This document shows positions 1 through 8,928 of a DNA stretch of 64,000 nucleotides, piece by piece; positions within the stretch are counted from its first letter, which is position 1; the number at the start of each line of letters is the position of its first letter. The DNA lies in contig OY781066.1 of assembly GCA_963676395.1 (NCBI GenBank), positions 352,001 to 416,000 of the forward strand. The letters are read 5' to 3'. A program made the position numbers and the translations under genes. The notes under the pieces were generated by a model that saw nothing but the letters and a program-made list of their open reading frames with translations, had not been told where the DNA came from and did no database searches. Origin of the DNA: a bacterium (lineage in GTDB: Bacteria > Fidelibacterota > Fidelibacteria > Fidelibacterales > Fidelibacteraceae).

Positions 1-115
1 TATCTTTATTGTTAACAATAACCGCACCTACTTGCCTTCTAAGACATGACGATCGGGTTGCCACAACTTTTGCAATATTCAAAAAATATTCGTCCCATTT
101 GGGTCTTTTGATCAT
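1..115 (-). CDS. dCMP/cytidine deaminase family protein (ComEB-like), 5' part only; runs off the window
   Basis: Manual translation from ATG at 115 gives [34 protein letters not shown], the typical dCMP deaminase N-terminus. Confidence 0.85.
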   Translation of the reverse strand, partial: MIKRPKWDEYFLNIAKVVATRSSCLRRQVGAVIVNNKD

Positions 116-123
116 ATACTCAC

Positions 124-1011
124 TCAAAATTCGATTTCATCAAAGTCATATGAAATATGAGCATTTTTAAAATATTTATCAACTGCTTTCTCATATATAT
201 TAAGGTCTTTATAGCGCTCAGAAAAATGGGTTAACACCAATTTCCCGACTTCATTATCCCGAGCGTATATTGCAGCGCGTTCTGCCGTCATATGATTAAA
301 TTTATCGGCAAGATCACGTTCTGTATCCAAATACGTCGCTTCCATCAGCACGACATCGGCATTCCTGATCAAAGCAGGAATATTAGCGCAAATACCGGTA
401 TCTAGCGCATAAGCAAATACCTTTTCCTTAGTTAGATAACTGATCTCTTCACGCTTGATCTTTTTACCTTTATGCTCAATTTCCCCTTCTTTTTCCAGTT
501 TACCAAGAATGGGACCACTCAGACCTAACTGAATCAATTTTTCTTTATCAAAACGCCATTGGGGTAAAAGTGAAAATCGATATCCAAGTGTTGGAGTTGA
601 ATGCAATAAATCAAATGCCTCAACCTTATATTCCGCAGTCTCTTCTACGATACCCACCTGCAAGGGATGAAAGTGAAAATCAATCCGTGAAGTAAATTTC
701 GAGCTACTAACCAAGTTTTGTAAAAACAGTTCACCCTCTGCAGGATAATAAACATGTACGTCATGTTCAACTTGCATCAAATTTAAACGCTGTAATATAC
801 CCGGCAATCCCAAACAATGGTCACCATGAAAATGAGAAATGAAAATTTTATGAATTTTTCCGGGTGATATACCTGCAAACGTAAATTGACGTTGAGCTCC
901 CTCGCCGGGATCAAAAAGAATACCTCCAAACGGCCAATTCAAAAAGTAAGCGTTCTGAGAACGAGTTTTAGTGGGTAATTGCCCTGCGGTACCTAGGATT
1001 GTGAGCTTCAT
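124..1011 (-). CDS. rnz: Ribonuclease Z
   Basis: LGT...P N-terminus, DPGEG, HFHGDH MBL motif, exosite arm, EATY and LTHFSERY motifs. Confidence 0.93.
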   Translation of the reverse strand: MKLTILGTAGQLPTKTRSQNAYFLNWPFGGILFDPGEGAQRQFTFAGISPGKIHKIFISHFHGDHCLGLPGILQRLNLMQVEHDVHVYYPAEGELFLQNLVSSSKFTSRIDFHFHPLQVGIVEETAEYKVEAFDLLHSTPTLGYRFSLLPQWRFDKEKLIQLGLSGPILGKLEKEGEIEHKGKKIKREEISYLTKEKVFAYALDTGICANIPALIRNADVVLMEATYLDTERDLADKFNHMTAERAAIYARDNEVGKLVLTHFSERYKDLNIYEKAVDKYFKNAHISYDFDEIEF

Positions 1012-1091
1012 GGTCTAAAATAGGTTAAAATCATAAAAATGCCAAAATCAATCTAACCGATAATCAATGATCATTTTTACCTACTTCCTAC

Positions 1092-1133
1092 CACTCACCA
1101 CTCACTACTTACTACTTACTACTCACTACTCAC
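1092..1133. repeat. Intergenic heptamer tandem repeat (YACTYAC x6)
   Basis: CACTCAC CACTCAC TACTTAC TACTTAC TACTCAC TACTCAC read directly. Confidence 0.85.
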
Positions 1134-1138
1134 TTCTC

Positions 1139-2008
1139 CTATATCAAACTCAACACAATAGAATTTAATTTTTCACTCGGTCTATCTGATCTGGATAATA
1201 GAATAAGCGGAACCTTTGCTCCCATAATAATTCCGCCAACAGGAGCATGTTGTAATTCTATCATAGATTTTAACAAAAAATTACATACCGTAATTTCAGG
1301 GAACACAATAACATCCACATCACCTGAGATCTTTGAATCAATATTCTTTTTGAGAGCTGCTTCTTTATTCAATATCACGTCAATTGCAATAGGACCTTCA
1401 GCCAAGTATCCCTTTTCAGAGAATTCCTCAGCAAGTGTTCGAGCTTCAATCGTTTCAGGCATTCTAGGATTTAATTTTTCAACGACCGCAGCAAAGGCGA
1501 CCTTAGGTTTTTCTTGTAAAACTTTTTCAGCCAATTCGATAACATTTTTCGTGATCGCTCTTTTCTTATCAAGATCGGGTTTTATATTTAAAGCCCCATC
1601 TGTCAGGAAAAGCAGTTTATGGTAACCCGGACTGTCACATACGGCAACATGCGATAAGGTTGCTCCTTTTCGTAATCCTTTCTCATGGTCCAATACCGGC
1701 GACAAATATTCCGCGGTAGAAATATCTCCCTTCATCAAAGCGTCTCCACAACCTTTTCTCACATCGGCGATCGCGCTCCATACCGCTTTCTCAGGATCTT
1801 TACATTCTATATATTCGGCACTTCTCAGGCCACTTTCATCGGCAAGTGCTTTCATAGTTTCCACATGACCATACAATCGTGCCTTAATAAATCCTTCTTT
1901 ATCGGCAGCCGCAAGAGCTTGAAATATTGAGGGAGAATTAGGAAATACCACATTCAATGTTTTTGATTGTTCAACATTGATCCGCTTGTAGATATCACTA
2001 TACTTCAT
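1139..2008 (-). CDS. ptb: Phosphate butyryltransferase / phosphate acyltransferase
   Basis: LMKG, LSHVAV, TDGALNIKP, EGPIAID and LLSRSD motifs; directly downstream of buk. Confidence 0.88.
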   Translation of the reverse strand: MKYSDIYKRINVEQSKTLNVVFPNSPSIFQALAAADKEGFIKARLYGHVETMKALADESGLRSAEYIECKDPEKAVWSAIADVRKGCGDALMKGDISTAEYLSPVLDHEKGLRKGATLSHVAVCDSPGYHKLLFLTDGALNIKPDLDKKRAITKNVIELAEKVLQEKPKVAFAAVVEKLNPRMPETIEARTLAEEFSEKGYLAEGPIAIDVILNKEAALKKNIDSKISGDVDVIVFPEITVCNFLLKSMIELQHAPVGGIIMGAKVPLILLSRSDRPSEKLNSIVLSLI

Positions 2009-2020
2009 TTCACCTCCATA

Positions 2021-3079
2021 TCAATATTCATATATCTTCATTTTCTTGTCTAAAATTCTAAATCCACCATCCCTCATAGCTTCCAGTTCATTTTCTCCCG
2101 GACTCACTTCTATTTGAAACTGACCACCTAAATGCTTTCTCAATTTGCTCATAGCATATTCACCGTGAGCAATACCACCGGTAAAGATGACAGCTTTGAC
2201 ATTAAAATCTAAAACTGCCGCCATAGCACCAACTTCTTTACTTACTTGATAGAACATTGCATCCAAAATGAGCTTAGCTTCTTTGTCACCATTTTTAATT
2301 CGTTTCACAACCTCACGAACATCATTGGTACCTAAATAACCTTTTAAACCACTTTCTCTGCAAAATAATCTTTTAATCTCTTCTTCTTTCATACCCTTCT
2401 TAAATACCAGATCAAGAACACTACCCAAAGGTAAGGCTCCGGCTCGCTCGGGAGAGAATGGTCCCATACCTAAAAGCGCATTATTTACATCAATAATTTG
2501 ATCATTACACATAGCGCAGACGGTAATTCCGCCCCCCATATGAGCAACAATGAAATTTTCATTCTCTATATCCCAACCCTTTTCTTCACAGATCCTGTGG
2601 GTCGTTGCTTTGATATTAAGTGTATGAAGCAAACTCTTTCGTTCAATACCGGGAACCCCCGATATTCTTGCAATTCGCCACATTTCATCTACAACCACCG
2701 GATCAATGATATACGCAGGTGCATTGAATTTTTCTCCAAAATATTTAGCTAAGGGTGCACCTAAATTTGATGCATGACTACCATACTTAGCAATTTTCAG
2801 ATCATCGATCATATTATCGCAAACAGGATAAGCTCCACTTTTCATAGGGCGCAATATCCCACCACGGCCAATAACAATATCAATATTATCGATGTAATGA
2901 TTTTTTAATTCATCAATAATTTGCTTCTTTCTAAAAGGGAACTCCTCATAAACATTTCCTTTAGAAATATGCTCTTCACTCATTGATACCGATAGTTCGA
3001 ATTCCATTTTTTCACGATTAAATACAGCCATCTTGGTACTCGTGGAACCTGGGTTAATCGCCAAAACGCGTTCTGACAT
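2021..3079 (-). CDS. buk: Butyrate kinase
   Basis: INPGSTSTK, GRGG, HASNLG, DPVVVDE, HMGGG, GPFSPER and PGENE motifs. Confidence 0.95.
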   Translation of the reverse strand: MSERVLAINPGSTSTKMAVFNREKMEFELSVSMSEEHISKGNVYEEFPFRKKQIIDELKNHYIDNIDIVIGRGGILRPMKSGAYPVCDNMIDDLKIAKYGSHASNLGAPLAKYFGEKFNAPAYIIDPVVVDEMWRIARISGVPGIERKSLLHTLNIKATTHRICEEKGWDIENENFIVAHMGGGITVCAMCNDQIIDVNNALLGMGPFSPERAGALPLGSVLDLVFKKGMKEEEIKRLFCRESGLKGYLGTNDVREVVKRIKNGDKEAKLILDAMFYQVSKEVGAMAAVLDFNVKAVIFTGGIAHGEYAMSKLRKHLGGQFQIEVSPGENELEAMRDGGFRILDKKMKIYEY

Positions 3080-3181
3080 TTTCTCTCCTACTAATGTTTA
3101 GTAATACCTTACCTGCAAGATACAAATTTTATGTTTGAATTTCAAAATTTTTTCTTATATTGGCAGGCAATTTGAAGAAAC

Positions 3182-3254
<73 letters not shown>

Positions 3255-3324
3255 CTAGCCCTTTCCCGGGGCTTCGCCTGGCAGATAACTGCTAAACGGA
3301 GACTTGGGTAAGAAATAAGAACCT

Positions 3325-3350
3325 ACCCGCCAATGGCGGGTTTTTATTTT
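3325..3350 (+). terminator. Rho-independent terminator downstream of tRNA-Ala
   Basis: ACCCGCC-AAT-GGCGGGT followed by a T-rich tail. Confidence 0.75.
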
Positions 3351-3554
3351 ATATTCGTTTTATCGCTTATGTAGAGCTGTAAATCTTATGCCTCTACATT
3401 AAAGTAAGCATTACAATTTAATCTTACGCATTCTCCCTTGTCCTTTTAACTCACAATGTAAACATTACAGGATGATTCCTAATTGTTTATTTTGATTTAA
3501 AGCAATTAATATGTATTTTTGATTACAATATTAAAGATAAAGGGGATTTCGCAT

Positions 3555-4022
3555 ATGAACGACAATGCTATATTAAATTCCGAGAAACTTGAAACCCTAA
3601 CTCCCGAAACAGTACGAAAACTTTGGTCGAAAACCTACAACACTGATGGCAAACCGGATTGGTCACATATTTTTCCATATTATGCAGATAACATTATTTT
3701 TCAAGATTCAATTCAGCGTGTTGAAGGAAAAGAAGACTTTCTCGGTGTTTGCAATCGCCTAACTGAAAGATGCCAAGAATTACAAATGGAACTTTTAACC
3801 GTTGCCCAAAGTGAAAATGTCATCATTTTTGATTGGGTAATGACCATGGTATTTAAAAAATTTCCCAGTACACCAATGTATGGATCAAGCAAATTAACAC
3901 TTGATGAAAATGGAATGATCAAAGAACAAAGAGATTACTATGACCTATGGGGAGATATTTTTAATAATATTCCTCGTTTCAATAAGATGTACAGACGATT
4001 CATGAAACGTAAATTCGGGTAA
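3555..4022 (+). CDS. SnoaL/NTF2-like family protein
   Basis: YADNIIFQD...VEG and I.EQRDYYD pattern; ATG at 3555 follows an AGGGG SD, so it is preferred over the TTG at 3519. Confidence 0.75.
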   Translation: MNDNAILNSEKLETLTPETVRKLWSKTYNTDGKPDWSHIFPYYADNIIFQDSIQRVEGKEDFLGVCNRLTERCQELQMELLTVAQSENVIIFDWVMTMVFKKFPSTPMYGSSKLTLDENGMIKEQRDYYDLWGDIFNNIPRFNKMYRRFMKRKFG

Positions 4023-4027
4023 ACATC

Positions 4028-4939
4028 ATGGCATTAAAACTTCCAAAAGAACTAGCTTTTTTAGCAAATAACTCGCTTCCACCCAAGAAGTGTACAACAT
4101 CTATGATCGGTAAAACCTGCCTGATCGCCGGAGCAACATCCGGTGTGGGGTATGAAAGTGCACTCGCAATAGCGAAAGCCGGCGCAGATATCATCATTCT
4201 TGCAAGAAATTTACAAAAAGCCGAGAAACTGCTTAATGATATTAAAGAAATCAATTCCAATATCTCTAAAATTTATTTAGCCGATTTCACCAGCATGATC
4301 AGTGTTCGCGAAGCAGTGAGTAAAATAATTAAAGACATCCCAAAGATCGATGTTTTAATCAATTCTGTGGGTATTTTTAATACAAGAAAAGAACTCATAA
4401 ATGACTACGAAAAAAACTTTTACGTCAGCCACCTATCTACCCACCTAATGGTTAAAATGCTGATACCAAAGCTTATAGAATCTGCGCCATCACGTATTAT
4501 TCATGTCAATTCCGAAGGACATCGCTTTGGGGGTTTATGGCTAAATAATTTAAACTGGAAAAATCGACCCTATATCGGTTTAAGAGCTTATGGTGCTGCA
4601 AAAATCGCTCAGATCTATTGCATGAGAGAGATGGACAAAGAACTAAAAAATAGCGGTGTAACCATCAATTGCATGCATCCGGGGGCGGTAAAAACCAACA
4701 TTGGGAACAACAATGGTTTTTTATATAGGTTTTGGCTGCATAAAGTGATGTGGTTAACCATGAAAACCCCCGATATTTCCGGAGCGGCAATATATTATCT
4801 TGCTGCTGCTCCCGAAATGGAAGGGAAAAGCGGTAAATTCTATAATTTAACTACCGAAGAAGCTCTGGCTCCCTACGTTATAAACGATACAAAACAAAAA
4901 AAAACATATAGAATAAGCAACAAAATTATCGAGTTTTAA
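4028..4939 (+). CDS. Short-chain dehydrogenase/reductase (retinol dehydrogenase/WWOX-like)
   Basis: AGATSGVG, YGAAK catalytic YxxxK and HPGAVKT motifs. Confidence 0.88.
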   Translation: MALKLPKELAFLANNSLPPKKCTTSMIGKTCLIAGATSGVGYESALAIAKAGADIIILARNLQKAEKLLNDIKEINSNISKIYLADFTSMISVREAVSKIIKDIPKIDVLINSVGIFNTRKELINDYEKNFYVSHLSTHLMVKMLIPKLIESAPSRIIHVNSEGHRFGGLWLNNLNWKNRPYIGLRAYGAAKIAQIYCMREMDKELKNSGVTINCMHPGAVKTNIGNNNGFLYRFWLHKVMWLTMKTPDISGAAIYYLAAAPEMEGKSGKFYNLTTEEALAPYVINDTKQKKTYRISNKIIEF

Positions 4940-4949
4940 TCTAGGATTA

Positions 4950-6593
4950 TTGATGAATAAAAAACAATTTATTGTCGTAGGTGCCGGCATGGCAGGATTA
5001 ACTGCGGCCGTTTATTTAGCTAAAGCCGGATACGATGTAACCATCTTTGAAAAATCCACCCGCACAGGTGGACTTGTTAATTCTTTCGAAAAAAATGGTT
5101 TTACTTATGATGGAGGTATCAGATCAATTGAAGATTCAGGTATCGTATTCCCATTTATAAAAGACCTTGGCTTAGATATTGAATTTGTCAAAAGCCAAGT
5201 ATCTTTGGGTATTGAAACAGATGTGATCAGATTAAAAGATCTTAGCAGTCTTGAAGAATATGAAGTTTATTTACGTCGTAATTTCCCATACGCTCACCCC
5301 GAAATAGACCGCGTAATGAAGGTCATAAAAAAAGTGATATCTTACATGGATATACTCTATGGTATTGAGAATCCAATCTTCCATGATATTGCTAGAGATC
5401 CGGAGTATGCAACTAAGGTTATTCTCCCCTGGATGCTAAAATATGTTCGAGTTATGCGTAAGATTTTAAAAATGCATGATCCTGTTGAAGAATACATTCT
5501 TAAATATTCCCAGAACCAGCAACTAAATGATAATATTTGTCAGCATTTCTTCAGAGAAACACCTGCCTTTTTTGCATTATCTTACTTTTCACTGTATTTG
5601 GATTATTATTATCCCAAAGGAGGTACAGGTATTATTCCGGCAAAAATTGAAGAGCATGCAAGATCATTAGGAGTAAACTTCAAACTAAATACGGGTATAA
5701 CTACACTGGATCCGGATAAAAAGATCGTGATCGATGAAAAAGGGAATGAATATTCTTATGAACAAATTATTTGGGCCGCAAATTTAAAAAGTATGTATGA
5801 TGGGATCTCAGCTAATAAGATCCAAAACAAAAAAACCCGTAAAAAGGTTCTTAAAATTAAAGAGAACATGGAAAATCTGCGTGGTGGAGAATCGGTTTTT
5901 ACTCTTTATATCGCAGTAGACCAAAGCCCACAATATTATAAAAATATTTGTTCAGAGCATTTTTTCTTTACTCCCGAGAAAACCGGATTATCAACTGTTG
6001 ACAGAACTGCTATAGACAGTATTCTTGCTTCAAATTCTCAAGAGAACAATGAACATTTTAAAGAAGAGATTAAAAATTATCTTAAAATTTTCTATGAAAG
6101 GAATACTTTTGAGATATCAGCACCGGCAATGAGAGATCCCAACTTAGCTCCCAAGGGTAAAACGGCATTTATTATTTCTTGTTTATTCGATTATAAACTC
6201 ACCAAATATATCAAAGATATGGGGTGGTATGACGAATTCAAGCAATACAGTGAAGAAATAATAACAAACAAACTTGATAGTACCATTTTCCCAGGACTTA
6301 AAAAGAAAATTATAGATCAATTTTCATCTACTCCGCTCACCATGGAACGATATACCTCAAACCTTCATGGGGCGCTGACCGGCTGGGCTTTTAACGAACA
6401 AGATATTCCCGTCCCTCATCAAGTAAATCAAATGTTCTCTGCTGTTGAAAATGATATTCCCGGAATTTATCAGGCCGGTCAATGGTCATACTCACCCGCC
6501 GGATTACCTATTTCGATATTTACAGGCAAACGTGCAGCCGATCAAATCATTAAAGATGAGAACAAAAAAAACAAACGTAAAAAAATCAAATAA
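4950..6593 (+). CDS. FAD-dependent oxidoreductase, phytoene desaturase/retinol saturase-like
   Basis: VVGAGMAGL Rossmann motif, TGG...F..NGFTYDGG, YYPKGG, STPLTMERY and YQAGQW motifs. Confidence 0.8.
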   Translation: MMNKKQFIVVGAGMAGLTAAVYLAKAGYDVTIFEKSTRTGGLVNSFEKNGFTYDGGIRSIEDSGIVFPFIKDLGLDIEFVKSQVSLGIETDVIRLKDLSSLEEYEVYLRRNFPYAHPEIDRVMKVIKKVISYMDILYGIENPIFHDIARDPEYATKVILPWMLKYVRVMRKILKMHDPVEEYILKYSQNQQLNDNICQHFFRETPAFFALSYFSLYLDYYYPKGGTGIIPAKIEEHARSLGVNFKLNTGITTLDPDKKIVIDEKGNEYSYEQIIWAANLKSMYDGISANKIQNKKTRKKVLKIKENMENLRGGESVFTLYIAVDQSPQYYKNICSEHFFFTPEKTGLSTVDRTAIDSILASNSQENNEHFKEEIKNYLKIFYERNTFEISAPAMRDPNLAPKGKTAFIISCLFDYKLTKYIKDMGWYDEFKQYSEEIITNKLDSTIFPGLKKKIIDQFSSTPLTMERYTSNLHGALTGWAFNEQDIPVPHQVNQMFSAVENDIPGIYQAGQWSYSPAGLPISIFTGKRAADQIIKDENKKNKRKKIK

Positions 6594-6618
6594 TTATTTT
6601 TTATGTAGCTCTAAAAAC

Positions 6619-6651
6619 AAAAGGAGGTTCCCTTTCAGGATCCTCCTTTTT
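6619..6651. terminator. Bidirectional terminator between convergent operons
   Basis: AAAAGGAGG...CCTCCTTTT inverted repeat. Confidence 0.7.
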
Positions 6652-6721
6652 ATTTTCCATTGATAATTATAAAATTGTCTTTTGCTTACCCCACGGAATT
6701 CACCAGGAGAGTATCGTGGAG

Positions 6722-7417
6722 TTAATCGTCAATTGATGACTCTTCATCAACTTGACGTTTCACTCTTGCAGGAATTACAAAGATCATCAGTATCAACGAT
6801 ACAACCAGAGGAATATAAAAATATAATGCTCCCGGACGATCACCTAAAATCACTGCGGCAATGATACAAAGCCCGGAGATAACCATAAGCTTGCCACTCT
6901 TGTTATGAACACGATTCCAAACTTCTTCATTATTTAAAGTTGCAGGTACACGTATACCAACCCATTTAGAATAAGGTAGTTTTCCCATTTGGTTACCCAG
7001 CAATACAAATACTATACCCAATCCCAAATGAATAAGTTGAAGATTAAATCCACTTTTACCAAGATTCAAAGCTGAACTCAAAGCAACCCAATTTATAAAC
7101 GTCATTAGAGCAGCTATAAGTATGATCACAAAGCGAGTAGTTTTAATTTCACGATCATTATACATCTTACGAGACATTCCAATCGTCGCTGTCATGATTA
7201 ACAAGATCACGGCCGGACCGATCAAGCAAGCGATCCAAGGTGGAGCGAAATTATCCGGTTCATTATTTATATTCCAGTGAATAGGAACCTCAACTATATC
7301 ACTTTGTTTGAACTCAGAAAAGAAGTAGATCGAAATAAACGTTGAAACAACCAACAAAATTGCCAACACAATCAATTCTCTTTTAAACTTATTCATTTTC
7401 TTACCTCGATACTTCAA
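6722..7417 (-). CDS. SdpI family immunity membrane protein (DUF1648 + SdpI)
   Basis: VPIHWNINNEPD and VGIRVPATLNNEEVWNRVH motifs, multiple TM segments; true start may be a few codons downstream. Confidence 0.85.
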   Translation of the reverse strand: MKYRGKKMNKFKRELIVLAILLVVSTFISIYFFSEFKQSDIVEVPIHWNINNEPDNFAPPWIACLIGPAVILLIMTATIGMSRKMYNDREIKTTRFVIILIAALMTFINWVALSSALNLGKSGFNLQLIHLGLGIVFVLLGNQMGKLPYSKWVGIRVPATLNNEEVWNRVHNKSGKLMVISGLCIIAAVILGDRPGALYFYIPLVVSLILMIFVIPARVKRQVDEESSIDD

Positions 7418-8501
7418 TGTAAGATTTAATATCGTAATTATTAGTCAAACGAGCACCTACAATAAACATAACAAACATAATGGCAATGCCTAATAGACCT
7501 AAGGGGGCTGCCATCGTTTCTTTCCCCATAAAGCCTGTCAATAAGATCACAGAAGGTACCAGACCGTTAAACCATCCATGACCCACACAGGTTAATATCA
7601 CAGAATTACCTCGAACGTACATATAGTTAAACAGCGTTCCCAAAAAGAACGTGACCAGGATAAACATAAACACACCAGCAACTGTAAAAGAACCATAATT
7701 ATATCCCATAATGATCACCGGTGCATGCCAAAATCCCCAAATGATATTGGTGATAATATTTGCTTTCCAAAATCCCAATGGTAAAAGTTTTTGAAACAGA
7801 TAAGGACGCCATCCATATTCTTCACCAAACATCATGATGATCGGGAAAGTTAAATTAGCTATCAAACCGATTACAATAAATTGGAAAGACCAAAAGAAAA
7901 GAGGATTTGTTGATTCTCCCATAAGGGTTAATCCATTTTGCCCCATATGTGTTAAATGCCAGTCCGGAGCCTTTCCATAAATGACAGCATTGAAAACAAT
8001 GCTCAATCCTACAAAAGCCACTATTACGATCAACATGGATTTGTAATTTTTAAAATTACCAAATCTGAATCCGCTATTTCTAAATCCCTCTGCTGTTACC
8101 AATCTTAAGAAAATGGCCACTAAAGCAGGAAAAATCATCATAATTCCAAAGGCTTGAATAGGAAGATGCTGTTGCGAAACATACACGGCAACTCGTTCTT
8201 CAAGTGTATTGAGATCAATAGGCTCTCCACCTTTACCTAAAACAAATGTAGGGAGCATATCTTCGCTTACTTCCGGATGTATTTCAAGATATCTGGCCAC
8301 AGCATCTTTATCTTGTTTCACTATATCCGAAAATTGTTTAATCGCAGGTAAGTCCGGATCAAGTTTTTTACCTTGCTTATATACAAATCCACAGAGCAAA
8401 AATGTTAAGAAATAAGTCAAAACAACAAACGAAATAACTCGTTTCCAATCTACTTGATTTGCAACAATCAACTTTAAGTTAGCATTACTTTTTTTCTTCA
8501 T
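7401..8501 (-). CDS. CPBP (CAAX/Abi) intramembrane metalloprotease
   Basis: GEEYGWR, WGFWH and HGWFN motifs. Confidence 0.88.
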   Translation of the reverse strand: MKKKSNANLKLIVANQVDWKRVISFVVLTYFLTFLLCGFVYKQGKKLDPDLPAIKQFSDIVKQDKDAVARYLEIHPEVSEDMLPTFVLGKGGEPIDLNTLEERVAVYVSQQHLPIQAFGIMMIFPALVAIFLRLVTAEGFRNSGFRFGNFKNYKSMLIVIVAFVGLSIVFNAVIYGKAPDWHLTHMGQNGLTLMGESTNPLFFWSFQFIVIGLIANLTFPIIMMFGEEYGWRPYLFQKLLPLGFWKANIITNIIWGFWHAPVIIMGYNYGSFTVAGVFMFILVTFFLGTLFNYMYVRGNSVILTCVGHGWFNGLVPSVILLTGFMGKETMAAPLGLLGIAIMFVMFIVGARLTNNYDIKSYIEVSR

Positions 8502-8793
8502 TTTCCTCTTCTCCTTTATCCTTATCGACTACTTTAAGCATATTCATAAACATCATCATTGCCTCTTCAAAAACACTGACACGAAGCGTATAGATCACAT
8601 ATTGACCTTTTTTCTTAGAATCTACGAGTTCTGCTTCTTTTAAGATCTTTAGGTGGAATGTGATCGAGGGTTTAGATATATCAAAATTCTCAGCAATCTC
8701 ACCTGCGCTCATACTCCCCTTCTTTAGTAGCACCAGCATCTTCCGACGGGTCTCATCAGACAGGGCTGCAAACACTTTATTCAAGTTTGACAT
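8485..8793 (-). CDS. ArsR/SdpR family transcriptional repressor
   Basis: FAALSDETRRKML..LKKGSMSAGEIA..F..SKPSITFHLKILKEA winged HTH; first gene of an sdpI-type operon. Confidence 0.9.
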   Translation of the reverse strand: MSNLNKVFAALSDETRRKMLVLLKKGSMSAGEIAENFDISKPSITFHLKILKEAELVDSKKKGQYVIYTLRVSVFEEAMMMFMNMLKVVDKDKGEEENEEKK

Positions 8794-8810
8794 TCGCTTC
8801 TCCTTTAGAC

Positions 8811-8830
8811 ATTTAGATATTACTCTAATT
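8811..8830. promoter_or_regulatory. Probable autorepressor operator (imperfect palindrome)
   Basis: ATTTAGA-TATTAC-TCTAATT immediately upstream of the ArsR/SdpR gene. Confidence 0.55.
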
Positions 8831-8874
8831 ATCTTATTAACACAAGCGTTTTCAGATTAAAAAATAATATATAC

Positions 8875-8903
8875 AAAACAGCCTTGGGCTTAATACCAAG
8901 GCT
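8875..8903 (-). terminator. Terminator after the large secreted protein gene
   Basis: AGCCTTGG...CCAAGGCT stem followed by GTTTT on the minus strand. Confidence 0.6.
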
Positions 8904-8928
8904 ATTTATAATATTTTGTATTGATACT

